Below, one piece after another: positions 44,253-59,234 of a DNA stretch of 64,000 nucleotides. Positions within the stretch are counted from its first letter, which is position 1. Each line of letters opens with the position of its first letter. The notes beneath the pieces were generated by a model. It worked only from the letters and a program-made list of their open reading frames with translations. It searched no databases and was not told the origin of the DNA. The position numbers were made by a program, and so were the translations under genes. The stretch is from Eledone cirrhosa (lineage: Eukaryota), in contig OZ024741.1 of the NCBI GenBank assembly GCA_964016885.1, positions 126,294,001 to 126,358,000 of the forward strand, in the 5' to 3' direction.

Positions 44253-44959
44253 GGTTATTTGAAAACAAGGCACATTTGTTGATGTTCACTAACACATATA
44301 TTAATACTTCAGATTCTTTTACACGTGTTTCAATAAATCGTTTTTCTAATAACCAATAATATTCCATATCATAATATTCCATATCAACTAGATATTTATG
44401 ATAAACAGTTCAATTGACTAAGTAGACCACAACTAAACCGGTAAGCTGCTTTTTTCCTTTTTGTATATATTCACTCTACAATCCCAAAGCATGAGGTTGT
44501 CTCCAAAAAGCAGATATTTGTATTTTCATATATATAAAGTAGGTTGGTATGTTACCGATAACTAATAAGCAGGTGGGAACAAAGTATGAATTTAGCATTT
44601 TATACATATTTTATTCACACGCGATGCGCGTTTCGCAATCGATTAGTTCAAGGTACGACCAGACATAATTCTGGAATCGATACAAAAACGCGTATGTATA
44701 AGATGGTAAACTGATACATCGTTCCCACATCCTTATATATATATATATTTATTTATATAAATTAGGTATAACGAGTAATGTACGTAATATTCTATATTCT
44801 GATTATTGATTTTGTACATTGTCTTATGTATTACAACCTATTATTGTATTTTTTTCTGTAATATTATCGCATAAGTGAGTTCGGGAATGTTTTTTTAAAA
44901 TATCTTATTCACATTGAGCCTTTTACAGAACAATGAGATCAAGATGTTTTTTTTATTTT

Positions 44960-45019
<60 letters not shown>

Positions 45020-45213
45020 AAAATAAAAAAAACATCTTGAGCCGTTTCGACGGCTAATTCTGGAGTCCAGAATTAGCCGTCGAAACGGCTTGAGCTCTGC
45101 CGTTGGGGTCATACTTGTTCCTATTACCCACTCTACTACCCTAAGTATTGAGTACTTTGGTGCGTTATGGTCCATCTGGTTCCTTACCACATTTCCTTCG
45201 TTATATATATATA

Positions 45214-45563
45214 TATGAAAGACGTAAAATAAGAACATTTTAAAAATTAAAAATCAACTTACTTACTAAAATTTTCACTTCAACTAATTAGTTTCTGTAT
45301 GGGGATAAATATAGTTACATAATAAAACTATACGTCATCGGGGATTCTATTCTCAGCTAAGTTCCCAGGCGATGCGCGGACACTAGTGTCCGCGCATCGC
45401 CTGGGAACTTAGCTGAGAATAGACTCCCCGATGACGTATGGAATTCTCTATAGTTTTATTATGTAACTATATTTATCCCCATACAGAAACTAATTAGTTG
45501 AAGTGAAAATTTTAGTAAGTTGATTTTTAATTTTTAAAATTTTCTTATTTTACGTCTTTCATA
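45214..45563. repeat. Spacer-less ~350 bp palindrome of the 34956-35437 hammerhead family
   Basis: Axis in GGACACT|AGTGTCC (45384/45385). Right arm carries a U4C hammerhead (CCGATGA...GAAACTAATTAGTT, 45423-45504). Confidence 0.95.
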
Positions 45564-45672
45564 TAATTGTTCTGCATCCCCCTGCATAGAACCACAAAGG
45601 TACTAAGACATAACATATATATTTGCTAGCATAGGTGAACATCTGTACACATATGTTGGTAAATGTACTAAT

Positions 45673-45708
<36 letters not shown>

Positions 45709-45801
45709 AATATATATATATGTATATATATATGTACGTATGTATGTATGTTATGTATGTATGTATTTATATATATGTATATATATATATAAATGTATAT
45801 A

Positions 45802-45866
<65 letters not shown>

Positions 45867-45870
<4 letters not shown>

Positions 45871-46562
45871 ACTAGAAATTGATTGACATATAAATATATC
45901 TAAAATAAACATATGAAACAATCACAGGGGACAATTTGTAAAAGTGTGTAAGCATACACAGCTATATAGGTAAAATGTTTAACTAGAACTTCAAAAATAG
46001 ATACCTTATAAATTGATTAATCTTCCTTTATATTCCATTAAAGAAATATGTTTCACCAATTAATCGATTGGTAAACGACAGTAGCCAGATCCTGGATTTT
46101 CAACAAGGAAGAGGACTATCTGTGTTTACGCATCAAATTCAAATCAGCGACTGGCCAGTAACACGTGCTGTATTTACTAAAAATACACACATCGTACCAG
46201 CTTCGTCCCAGTGGCGTGAATAGGGTTATCGACAACTAGAAATAGCAGTCAATTTCTTTCAACTGAGTTAGCTCTACAATTAAGGGGCCGTATTTATATA
46301 TATCCAAAATTAAGTTAAATTAAGGGTATCATCTGGCTACTGTCTTTTACCAATCGATTAATTGGTGAAATATATTTCTTTAATGGAATATATAGGAAGA
46401 TTAATCAATTTATAAGGTATCTATTTTTGAAGTTCTAGTTAAACTTTATTTAATTACCTACATAGCTGTGTGTGCTTACACACTTTTACAAATTATCCCC
46501 TGTGATTGTTTCATATGCTTATTTTAGATATATTTATATGTCAATCAATTTCTAGTTGATAT
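45867..46562. repeat. Inverted repeat with ~225 bp arms (45867-46090 / 46331-46562), between (TA)n tracts
   Basis: ATCAACTAGAAATTGATTGAC...GTAGCCAGAT versus ATCTGGCTAC...TTTCTAGTTGAT. Architecture resembles an inverted PLE pLTR. Confidence 0.9.
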
Positions 46563-46659
46563 AAAATGCTCGGATCTATTCATTGGAATCTTGGAGCATA
46601 TTTTACGGGTGATGTGGTGCATGTCTATCTGACATGACACCCTTAATTTAACTTAATTT

Positions 46660-46720
<61 letters not shown>

Positions 46721-46723
<3 letters not shown>

Positions 46724-47412
46724 AAAGAATAGAGGTGTAACACACGAGTTATGATATATTGGTAAACGGAAAAGAAAATGCTGACAAATTGTTCACAGTG
46801 AAAAATAGTTTAATTAGGAATAAGTGAAAATTAGTAATAGTATTGGTTAGTATTCAGTTTTGGTTTTAAGTTTTACCGGTTGCGCATTTCTAATGCTTTT
46901 CAAAAATAATTTTGAGATAGAGCGCCCGTGATGTTTGCTCTAATATGATTAGTTTTGGAAATTCTACCTGTTTTATGTGAAAAAAGTGGCTCCAGATGTA
47001 TTAAAATAAGTTTCGCGCCAATTCGTGTTGCAAAAATTCTTGTGGCCAAACAATTTTGATTTGTGGGTAGAGGTCATGTGAATGTTAAAAATTGATTTTG
47101 CGCCAAATGTAGGTTTGTGTCGGCTGATTGAGAAGTCATTGAAAAATAAGTCTTTCAAAGCAAATATGTGTGTGTGTGTGTAGTAGTAGTAGTAAAGAGG
47201 TTCGTTGTTGTGATAATGGTCAGCAGGGATGTGTGTGCGAACCGCAGCCTGTTGACAGTTCAAATGCCTATTAAGACAAGTGTGTGTGTGTGTGTGTGTG
47301 TAGCAGAGTAATTCGTGGTAGAGGGATGGTCAGTAGGAATGTGTCTGTAAGTGTGTGGGGGATATTTTAACATGTTAAAAGATATTTTTCAGCTCTTGTC
47401 TTATACGGAGAA

Positions 47413-47444
<32 letters not shown>

Positions 47445-50400
47445 CTCTTTGTATGTTAATGTACGCGTGTATGTATATATGTGCGTGTGTGTGTATATAT
47501 GTGTGTGTGTGTGTGTGTGTGAGTGTGTGTGTGTGTGTGTGGGTGGACCAGTATTTTTGTGATACTGGTAAAATGGTGTACATTATTCGATAGTTTCAGT
47601 AAAAACGATTCTCTCAATAGAACATCAAAAACCTTAATAATAAAAGGTGTGAAATGATATATGGTATTGGCATAATACCAAGGTGTGTATGAGTGTCCAG
47701 ATTGTACGTACTGCAAGGGGAATCCATTAGGCCTTGCCGTATTGGAATACTTGTGTACAAATATGTATGTGCCCATCAGTGTGCAATGCATGTGTGCGTT
47801 TATGTATGTGTGTGTGTCGGCACGTTTATATCTATAGACATCAAAAGGTATGCAAATTTGTGTATATTTGTGTTGCACCATAGTACATGTGTGTTTGCGT
47901 ATGTCATTGTGTTTATATGTGGGTAGAGATGTATGCTGATGTAGGTATGTATGTTGACGTGTGTATGTTGTGGGTTCGTCTTAGGGAGAAGTGTTTAGAC
48001 GGGGTCTGTATTTGTTAATAAAGTAAGATTCCTTGCTGATGCTCTGAGTGTGGGTGGCATTATCTTTAAATTCGTAGAGGGGAAAGATTCTGAAGTTGGG
48101 ATGATTTTGGGCGGCACAGGTATCAACGTGTTCACTCAGTGGTATTTTCCTGTATTCCCGTATTTTAATTTGGGATCTATGGACAGTCATGCGTTGGCGG
48201 AGGCTGTTTTTGGTCTGGCCTACGTATTGTTCTCGACAACCTGAGCAAGTTAATACATATATTAGATTTCCTGATGCGCATGTGAAATTGTGTTTTGCTA
48301 TAAAACGTTGTCCTTCTTTGAAATAGAATTCCGAACCCTCTATTAGGTTGATGCAAATGCCACAGTTGGGTCTATCGCATTTTTTTACTGTGGATTTCGT
48401 TGTTGTGGTTGGCAGTACTTTGGCATGTGTTAGGATGTTTTTCATTGACTTAGATTATCTTTTGCTCTTTATGATATCGTGTGTTCGTAGAATTTGGTTC
48501 ATTCTATGGTCCTTTTTCAACACAGGGATGTTCTGGAGGATGGTGTCAAAGGCCTCATTGTTGAGGGGGTTGTGTGTGAATATGTATGGAAGAGCTGTTA
48601 GTTTCGGTTGATTTACTTTAGGGTGTCTAAGGTCCTGGGCACTGAGTTTTAGGGCACGTTGGATTCCATTGTCAATTAGTGATGCAGGGTAGTCCCTGCC
48701 TATGAGTGTGTCCTTTAGTTCTTGTAGCCGTAAGTAGCAGGTGTTTTTATTGGAGACTATAGTACAGATTCTCTTGGCTAAGTTGTAGGGAATATTAATT
48801 ATAACGTGTCTAGGGTGGCAAGAGTTGAAAGGAAGATATTGCTTGGAGTCTGTGGGCTTGTAGTATATGTCTGTTTCTATTTTTTTGTTATGGATCTTAA
48901 TGAGGATGTCGAGGAAGGGGAGTTGTTGATGGCTGTATTCCATCGTGAAGTTAATATTCGTGTTGAGCCCATTTATAAGGGTGTGAAATTCTTTAAGGTT
49001 CTCGATGTTTTCGTGCCAAAGGATGAAGCAGTCATATAGATATCGCTTCCAGTTCCTTTCTATGTGTAAGTGGAGAGTGTTACCAAATTTGTTTAGGACT
49101 TTAGTGTAGAGGGTGATTTCCAGGTATCTCATGACTAGGTTGGCATAAGTGGGGGCTGTTTTCGTTCCCATAGCGGTCCCAGATTTCTGCCTGTAGGGTT
49201 TGTTATTGAAAACGAAGTAATTGTTCTCCAATTCTTCTCCAATTGTTCTCACGAATTCTTTTTTGATGCGTTGTGGGAGTTCATTGTGGTAATTATCCAG
49301 CCAGAATTGGATAGCTTCTATTCCTAGGTTGTGGGGGATGTTGGGTTGACTACATCGAACGTCACTAGTAGGGTTTGTTCAGTAAGGGGCATATTAGGGA
49401 GGTGATTGAGCATATCTAGGTCGTCTCTTATGTAGCTTTTGATGTGTTTGAGAAAAGGCTTGAGAAGGGTATCAATGAAGTTGCTAAGGCGGTGGGTTTC
49501 GCAAGCGGGGCCTGCTATTATAGGTCTTAATTTGAGATCATTGAATGAGGGGACATTGATGACTATGTCTGTGGCTTCCCTGCATGCCTTACTTATTAAT
49601 TTGCTTTTATGTACTTTAGGGATACCGTAGAAAAGGCTGGATTTACTTGTGAAGTCTGTGATGAAGCTGAATTCCTTGTTAGTGAGTCCTTCTTTGTATT
49701 GGTTGATCAGAGTTTTTAGGTTTCTCATAATTTTCTGTTGATTGTAGTGTTCAGCCTTTCCGTAGTATGTTTCGTTTTCCAAAGTGGAGAGCGCTAAGTT
49801 GATATAGAATTCTGTCTCCATTAGGACTACTGTACTCCCTTTATCAGCCTCTTTAATTGTAATGGTTCTGTCGGTTTTTAATCTATTTAATTCTTCCCAT
49901 TCTTTCTTGTTGAGGTTTGGCTTGTGTTTTTGTCTGTGCAAGTGTTGGTAAGGGAAGTTTGTGATGTGTTCACAGAATTCGTCCAGGATTTTATTTCTAC
50001 CTTTTGATGGGGTGTAATTGCTTCTATTTCTGGCTAATGATTCATCCTCATTGTACTGGTCGAATAGTTCTTCACTGAGTCGTAACTTTCTACAGAAGTC
50101 TGTGATGTCTTCCTTCATTTCATAGTAGTTAGCACGTAGTGGGGTCGGTGTGAATTTAAGACCTTTGGAGAGTAAGTTGATAAGGTTGGGTGTTGGTTCG
50201 GAACTAGTTAGATTGATCATTTTTATTACTCTCGGTTTCTCCTCCCTGTCTTGTGTTATTTTGTTTGCCTGTATCTGTATGCTGTGTCTAAAAAATGGTT
50301 GGGGTAGAGGGGTTGTCTGCTGATGTTAAGTGGTCTCCTGTGTTTGTTATATTCCTTGTTGTTGTAAAATGTGGTTCGGGTTGGCGGTTGTAGATTGAAT

Positions 50401-50530
50401 GGGGTGTTCCTGGATTGCGAGTATGGATGTGTGTTTCTATGTGCCATGTTGGATTGTGGTGTTATAGGTGGCCTACGTTGTTGGTTGTATCGTGTGGTGT
50501 GGTTTTGTTGTGTATTGTGGAAGCGAGAGT
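46721..50530 (-). mobile_element. Near full-length Neptune-type Penelope-like element; inactive
   Basis: ORF pieces 50220-49324, 49252-48455 and 48445-47981: GLKFTPTP, KEADKG, FYGIPKVHK, LRPIIAG, VTFDV, GTAMGT..AP.YANL, WKRYLYD (catalytic YxDD mutated), LPFLD, YYKPTD, CDRPNCGIC, GIY-YIG. 3' end abuts (TA)n. Confidence 0.96.
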
Positions 50531-51078
50531 TGAGAAAATGGAAATTACCCCCACCCCCCCTCTCTCTCTCTCTGTCATACTACCAGACCTGAAAAAAGTA
50601 GTAGTGTCAGTATAATAAACTAAAACACTTTGAAGGCGGTACCCTAGCATGGCCGAGATCTCATGACTGAAACTAGTAAAATATATAAGCTCAAAGAACC
50701 TATTTAAAATAGTTGGAAATCGAAAACAAACTAGCTGAAGATTTAATGAAGCTGAAAATTAACCATAAAATTAGGGTCTTGTGAGATAAAGACATATTAT
50801 ATGCTCTTAACCTCGGAATAGAAGAGATTAGATGTGCTGCCATTGTCGGCATTCAATCATATATTTTGTTATTTCTGTTTTACATCGGCCCAGTTTCAGA
50901 ATTCTTTTTATTATGATGAAGAAAATGTATACTTAACTATCTCTGTGAAAGACAACGTTGGACTTGGCATGGTTTGGTCGCAATAGTCTAAAAAACTAGA
51001 AAGACTCTGCCAATTCGTAGACAATAATGTGTGTATATATACATATTGTAGATGATAATGTGTGTATATATATATATA

Positions 51079-51367
<289 letters not shown>

Positions 51368-51763
51368 AATAGAGAGAGAGAGCGCATGCGCGCGTGTGTT
51401 TGTTACGCAGTGTTTTATAACATACAAAGGGCAAAACTCAGTGTTTAAGAAGTAATTGTTATCAAATTAAGAGAAAGTTGTGTCGCCAGTGACAATAAAA
51501 CTAATTCTGTGTTAGACTATAAACATTGATAACTCTGAGATTAATGTGGTTTTAAATTCTATTTTATTGCTTCATCTTTTGGTAGTTGCCGTTATTAAAG
51601 GATATATACACAGTATAGTATAGAACCTATACTATACTGTACAGGTGATTCAGTGAATTACTGGTGGTGGTATGTATATGACCCCGTCGATGTACTGGCT
51701 GAGTGTATGTGTACATATATATATATATATATTTATACATATATAAATATATATATATATATT

Positions 51764-53215
51764 TATGTACACGTACATACATATATGTATACAGACGTAC
51801 AGTAGTATGTATATATATATACATACATGCACACATATATATATATGTACGTATGGATTCACCGAACATTTATTATAATGTTCGGTGTGTTTGTAAACAA
51901 CCATCCCGTATTAAGCCGTAGTGTCTAGCAACCATCGTTGCTCGTTTGTTCAACACTGACAAAAGAACGCTGTACTAGTTTCAAGCTTAACCCACTCGAT
52001 ATGCAAATTGGGCTACTCAGCCGTTAATATGCATAAGGTAAGTATATACGTTCAACAATCTGGCAGGAAGGTATACGTTGCTGACGATAGCTAATAAGCT
52101 TGAAACTAGTACAGCGTTCTTTTGTCAGTGTTGAACAAACGAGCAACGAGGGTTGCTAGACACTACGGCTTAATACGGGATGTTTGTTTACAAACATACC
52201 GAGCATTATAATAAATGTTCGCTGAATCCATACGTACATATATATATGTGTGCATGTATGTATATATATATATATACTACTGTACGTCTGTATACATATA
52301 TGTATGTACGTGTACATACTTATATTTAAGTAACAGCCGTACTAAGAGTGGGAAATGAAATTTCGTTTCATTTTTTCCGTATCTAAATATATATTTATGT
52401 ATATATGGAATAGAATGAAACGAAATTTCATTTCTCACTCTTAGTACGGCACTTACTTAAATGTAAGTATGTATGTATACGTACATACATATATGTATAC
52501 AGACGTACAGTAGTATGTATATATATACATACATGCACACATATATATATGCACGTATCGGTTTACCGAACATTTATTATAATGCTCGGTTTGTTTGTTT
52601 GTAAACAAACAAACAGCCCGAATTACGCCGTACAGTGTTTAGGCAACCACGTCACCTTTTTGTTCAACACTGACACAGGAACGATGTACTAGTTTTAAGC
52701 TTATAAGCTATCGTCAGCATCGTATACCTTCCTGTCAGATGGTTGAACGTCTGAAAGTATATACTTTCCTTATACATATTAACGGCTGAGCAGCCTAATT
52801 TGCATATCGAGTGAGTTCAGTCGGCCGGGCACACCGAAAACGATAAATGGAATAGAATGAAACGAAATTTCATTTCTCACTTTTAGTACGGCACTTACTT
52901 AAATGTAAGTATGTATGTATGTATACGTACTTACATATATGTATACAGACGTACAGTAGTATGTATATATATACACACATGCACACATATATATATATGA
53001 ACATATCGGTTTACCGAACATTTATTATAATGCTCGGTTTGTTTGTTTGTAAACAAACAAACAGCCCGAATTACGCCGTACAGTGTTTAGGCAACCACGC
53101 CACCCTTTTGTTCAACACTGACACAAACAAACAAACCGAGCATTATAATAAATGTTCGGTAAACCGATACGTGCATATATGTATGTGTGCATGTGTGTAT
53201 ATATATACATACTAC
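51764..53215. mobile_element. Two tail-to-tail insertions of a ~442 bp hammerhead-bearing unit, each with an inverted segment
   Basis: 51764-51988 is the inverse of 52095-52318. Minus copies at 52405-52846 and 52847-53122 are tandem. 53123-53215 is inverted again. Confidence 0.85.
52075..52117 (+). ncRNA. Minimal type I hammerhead ribozyme
   Basis: acgttg CTGACGA tagct aata agctt GAAA ctag TA cagcgt. The sister copy 52681-52723 (-) keeps stem I paired (acgatg/catcgt) but has G12A. Confidence 0.88.
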
Positions 53216-53221
53216 AGCAAT

Positions 53222-53379
53222 TAAACCAGTGTATTACTGGTACTTTATTTTATCGACCCCGTAAGGATGAATGGCAAAGTTAACCTCGGCGGGATTTGAA
53301 CTCAAACCATAAATGGTCGTAACTCTTTGTTGCAAAGCATGGCGTTCGACCCTCTACCGATACTGCCAATCCACCGCCT
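53222..53379 (-). mobile_element. SINE family A (another copy at ~58093-58258, +)
   Basis: Same motifs as the other family A copies. Confidence 0.85.
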
Positions 53380-55324
53380 TGTTACTAAATAATAATGAAA
53401 TAATTATGGTTTGACTGCCTTTCACTGTATATATTTTCGCTTAGGGCGAAACATGAACATACTAAACATGAACATATAATTCGATAGATTATTTAAGTAA
53501 TTCGATGAACATAAATGGATAATTTCTATGCTGCTTTTTTTCTTTGTAACTAAAACACATTGGTTCTCCGTCAGTTTCAATGACCATTCTGTTGTTCGAT
53601 CAAGTGAATGTCCTACTTGTTAAATTTACGAATGAATGGTTCAGTGAAACGTATGCCCTTAACAGAATACAACAGCTACAGTATATTCAACAGGCTTTCA
53701 AAGTGTTTCTGTCTGCGTGATTTCAATTCTGTCGACCCAAAGTTATTAAATACTTTTGTTGAAGATGCCACGGGATTCCGAAGCGACCTCCTTGACCACC
53801 CATGCATGTCTATAAACTCTCGGTATGATGGATCCTCTGTCGGTTTCGCTGGTGTATTCCATAGACAAGTGTACCTTTTAACGAAATCCTCCGACAGACT
53901 CAGCATAAAACAGTATGTGTCATTGCTAGACTTTTGAATTACATGTAGTTTATCTTATAAAATAGTGTATTTCATAGACACGTGTATCCAAGCTCTGTTC
54001 TCACCTACTGAGGTCCTATTCTTGATGAAATTTGAGGCTCTAATTTTTATGAATTAGTGTTAAAGGGTAAAAACTAATGATAAAATAAAAAATATATATT
54101 TTAATAAATGGGGCACCTGAGGGTATGGGACCCTAATCTATAGCTTATTTAGCTTATAGGTAAGTGCAGGACTGTGCGTATCCTTAATATAATTCCCAGA
54201 CAGAATCAGAGTAACATGGTATGTGTCAATTTTGGACTTTTAAATTATAGATACAATTTATCTTGTATTACATTTTATTCAACGGAGGAATGTATTTTTA
54301 ACGTAATTCACAACAGTGTGACATGATGTGTTACAAAACTGAACCTTTCAATTACAGACATAGTCCATCTGGTGAGTTTTCAAATTGTTTACGTCTATCC
54401 AATTTGAGACACATGGCTTAGGCTGCCGGGGCGATAATAAAAGACACTTACCCCCAAATGCCTCTCAGTGGGAGCAAACTCGAAACCTGGGACCTTATGA
54501 TTGGAAACGAACTTATTAAGTACTCAGCCACGCCACTTTCCATAATAATACAATACTTCAAGCTTATTATAGGATATTACGGTCAAATCATGGCTTTCAC
54601 AAACACACTAGTAATTAAAATTAAATATATATAAACTCCTTGATCTTCATTGCATGCTACAACTGGTGAGAAAACATTTAAATTACTTCATAAATTGATA
54701 ATAAAGCAATTTAACTATTTAGCGTAATGTTTACCCTTCTCAATGTTTTATTAATGTATTTAAATTAAATGTTTTGATGTTTAATCTTCGAATGAACGAC
54801 GACAAATACTAGTTTATAGTTGGTAAAAGTGTTTTATTGACAGAGTCGTTATAGCATAGGGTCGAATATATTGTGGTATTTGTTTTGGCTGTTTGTGTGT
54901 TCCAAGTTCAAATTTTAACTTTCATCTTTACAGAGTCGATAAAATAAATTAATCCATGGCGGTGGAGTGGCGGAATTATTAGAGCGTGGGTTCTGATCCG
55001 TTACTTTGTATTCTAAATTCAAATTATACCTAGCGATTCAAATGTCCCGATAGCCATAGATAATATTTTGCTGTCGTTGTGTAACTCCAAGTCGTAAATG
55101 GTTATATAAGAATGTAACCAAATGTCTAAGACTCTTCAAATTCTGCTAACCATCTATTAATAAATAACAGACGTATGATCGAAAGCATTCCAATTGTGAC
55201 AATCTTATCTAAAATTCTTTTTCTTATTTTTTTTTCTGACTATATATCCTAGACTCAGGCAACCATAAGGAACTGTGAGTGAAAATGGGTTGAAAGAAAC
55301 TGTTTGGAAATCCGTCTGATGGAC

Positions 55325-55530
55325 TGCACCTGTAGCAAGGGAGATTTACGGCGTTCACAAGCCATGGGCCATATCACTGATCACTGCTATCTGAACGGAG
55401 ATGGCTACCAACGAGTGTGAGCCCTGCAAGGTAGAGGGCTGTTCCAGCGTGTCTCCCTCGCCGTCATCCTCCAGAGCAATGTCTTCTCCATCACGTGGGA
55501 TAGGACCACGAAGTGGACTGCCCTTTAAAA
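55325..55530 (+). mobile_element. Possible remnant of the C-terminus of an RLE-type (CRE-like) LINE
   Basis: GC-richer patch translating GLFQRVSLAVILQSNVFSI, reminiscent of the FQRLS.A.Q.GN motif. Weak. Confidence 0.35.
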
Positions 55531-56914
55531 TATGTTGTTTGAATACTATGTTTTACTTTACAAGTTGATCTTACTGTGCCTGTAATTCAAAAGGCCAGCC
55601 TTGTCACTTTATCGTGCTGAATCTCCCCGAGAATTACGTTAAGAGTACACATGTTTGTGGAGTGGTCAGCCACTCGCATGTTAATTTCACAAGCTGACTG
55701 TTCGCCTCATCGAAAAACTAGATCGTTCATCTTCTAAACCGACTGAGGTCCATGCCTATGTCTGGCTATACGCATAGAAATGAAGCGTTGCTTAGTGACA
55801 AGATTAATTCACGAGAAATACAACTATAACAGCAGTAATAGGAGTGGAATGTGTAGTATATTGAGTCAATGAATCGTTGCTGCAGATAATATCACATCGT
55901 TAGAAATTAGAATGTATGGAGTGAGCATATCAAATGTTAAACTAATCATGTAATTTTATATTCTGTTGTATCATCAATTGAGGTAGAATTTTAGACAGCA
56001 TAATGAACAAAAGAATTGTTATATTTTATATTCAGATTGATTAGCTATTGATTAGGTGTTGAAGGGTATAGATAGGCAAGTTAATCATTTGATCAAGCAC
56101 CGTTGTGTTATGAAAGACATTTTATATTCTTCAGAGAATACAATCTGAAATAAAGGAGAATTCCTTTCATGGATCGCAGTGAAGTTGATGTCAAGTTACA
56201 AAAAGAAAATGCAAAATTTCTTAATCACTAATCTTGATAAGAGTGCTATAAAAAAATAAATAAAAAGAAAGATAGTTTCCATCTTAGAGCAATAGTATAT
56301 GATGACAGACAAGCGAGAAATGTATTTTTTAATGAACTTAATGATATTGTGATTCTTAAGCTGACTGAGGAAATTAGATTTAGATATAATTGTGGAAAAC
56401 TTGCTTTCGATATAAAATGAAGGATCTTCTGTCGGTCTCGAAAATGAGCATTCAATCAACTGTACTTCCTTTGTAAGGAGCCGAGTATTTCAGAGACACG
56501 AGTATCCATAATATAATTCTTTGGGAGATTCAACGTGGAACAGTGTGTGACATGGCTGGCTTTTAGTTTCCATGGCTTCCAAATAGTTTCCATCTACACA
56601 ATTAACATCGACCCAAGGCTACGATAAATTACCCTTATCCTAGATACTACGTTGCGATCAAACTTGGGGACTAATGATCGCAGCGTGAGCTCGTTAACAA
56701 TTTGGCTATGCTGCATCCACAGTACTAGGGATTAAAACATATGCGCCAGTCTTCTTATATATGTATTCACATAGAACCTTTACTTTCTAAACATGGTACC
56801 TAATCATTAGTGTGTAAAAAAAAGTCTAGAAAGCTGTTTCGTATTTTACATCTGTCATCACCTTTTATAAACCTTATTTTGACATGTGCGATAGCAGATT
56901 CCTGTCTACATTCC

Positions 56915-56975
<61 letters not shown>

Positions 56976-59130
56976 TTGTGTGTGTGTGGGTTTGTGTGTG
57001 TGGGTGTGTGTGTGGGTGTATGTGTGTGTGTGTGAGTGTGCGCGCGCGTGTGTGTGTATAATTACATATGTATAATTGTATATATATAATTGTGTATATA
57101 TCTATATATCTATATATATATATACGTATATATATATATATACTATATACACAGTATACGTATCATATATATAATATATATATATAAATTATATATATAA
57201 TATATATATATATATAAATTAATAAAAACAATGAATAAAAACAAAGAAACAGTTCCTTATATTAAAAAATTCATCATTTTACGATCGTTTCTAGGATATA
57301 TATGTGTGTGTTGGTATGTATATCATATAGATCTATGTAAAAATTTTACAAACTATCAGAGGGAATATACATACCTACACATATATATGCTGTCTTCAGA
57401 AATAATGATATTTGTTTATTGAAAAACACCAACGAAGATTTAATATAATAGGTCTGTTTGGGATCAGGTTTTGAATTAACTAATAGAAGAGTAGTAAGTG
57501 GTCAAGTTGATAGAATAGTAGTAGTAGAAATTTAATTTAGGGGTAGAGGAATGCAGACTTCAGTTTTGAATGGAAATAATACTTTGAATGAAAAGATTAC
57601 TTTGGGGATGAAAAGAGGTCAAGCCGGTGAAAGGTACACGAAAATTTAATGCTAATGTTAAAATAGAAGGAGAATAATATTTTAGGATAAATGTGTTAGT
57701 GAGAAATACCAATCTTATTAAAAACATAAGGAATTTAGATCTATAAAAAGAAAATAAATTAATTTAATTGATAGGTATACTTATAGGGATAAATTTATAT
57801 TAATTCATATAGATGTGATAAATAAGAGTTAGATGTTATTAAAGAATGTTGTTAAAAACGAAGGAAAAAAAATTGGGGGGGGGGGGGGTAAATGTATTAG
57901 TGAGAAATAACAAACTTATATAGACTACAAGGAATTTAGATTCATAACAGGAAATTTTAATAGTTTATATGTATACTTGATTGAATTTAAACTTTGCCTT
58001 TAATTTTTTTGAGAAACAAACACTTCGATAAAATATGATGTAGAGCTGATATAATTAACTATGTCTTAGAAGTTGTTGCTCTGGCATGACATATGCCTTG
58101 CAGCATAGAGTTACGCCCCTTTACGGTCTGAGTTCAAATCACGCTAACTTCAAATCAGGCTAACTTTGCCTTTCATCCTAGCTGGATCGATAAAATGAAG
58201 TAGCAGTAATGCACTGGCATAACTGCTGGCCTTGTGCCAAAAGTAGAAACAATTATTATACAATTTGCGTGTAGGCAGGTCTCTCTCGAAATAGGGCAGG
58301 AGGGTTGCACTGAGATTATTATGTGTCCGTGAGGGAGGCGTCGGCCAAAAACGTTGGAGAACCTATTTTAAACAATAATTGTATTAAGCATCTTGGCCCT
58401 AACGACACTATTGTTAAAGTGTGCGACCGCGAGGTCATGTTTGATCCTGGTGGTACGTTGTCTACGTGAATAAGACATTTTATTTTAGGTTGCTGCGGTC
58501 AACAACTTCGATCTATTAATTAAAATATTATTTATTAAGCTAACAGAATTATAGTCTCCTCGCCACATAATTATTTCTAATTACGTTTTTAATGCCGATT
58601 GTATAAAATATCTTAACAATTAAACTCGTTTATTTAACTTGACACGTATGACAAATGTTTCGTTATCTATCAACGGAATCCTTGAAACCAACTCTTTTGG
58701 AATCGGTTTGCCAGATGATTATCTCAAGGACAATTTATACAGCTTCATATCGTAAACAACATCATAATAAAAATCATCATTCATGTAAGCATTCATCGAT
58801 TTATACATCCATTCAGCAATTATTAGTATCGATCTGTCTACAAGTCAAACAATATACTCCTCTTTCCTAAAAAAAGAAAACAACAAAAAAAGAAAACACA
58901 GATAAAAGATGGCAAAGGTGACATTCTGATTACACAAGTGTCGGTTAACTAAAGATTACATCTGTGCAGTTCACACGTAATGTTCAACGGTTCTTAATTT
59001 GTGTTGCGTTATTGACGTTTATCATCTAAATGATCGGCCGGTCAGCCATTGGCTTATCTATCTTTAACTAGCAACAGCAGTAGCAGCATATATATACTGT
59101 TGTGTGACTATATGCATGTATATGTGTGTT

Positions 59131-59234
<104 letters not shown>

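Noticed and set aside
53676-56459. Shared peptide PTEDPS in two minus-strand ORFs, suggesting paralogous exons
   Set aside because: Both overlap the dispersed repeat GGA(C/T)C..(T)GTCGGTT.CGAC...GTGTGACAAGGCTGGC, also seen at ~523, 1829 and 8992.
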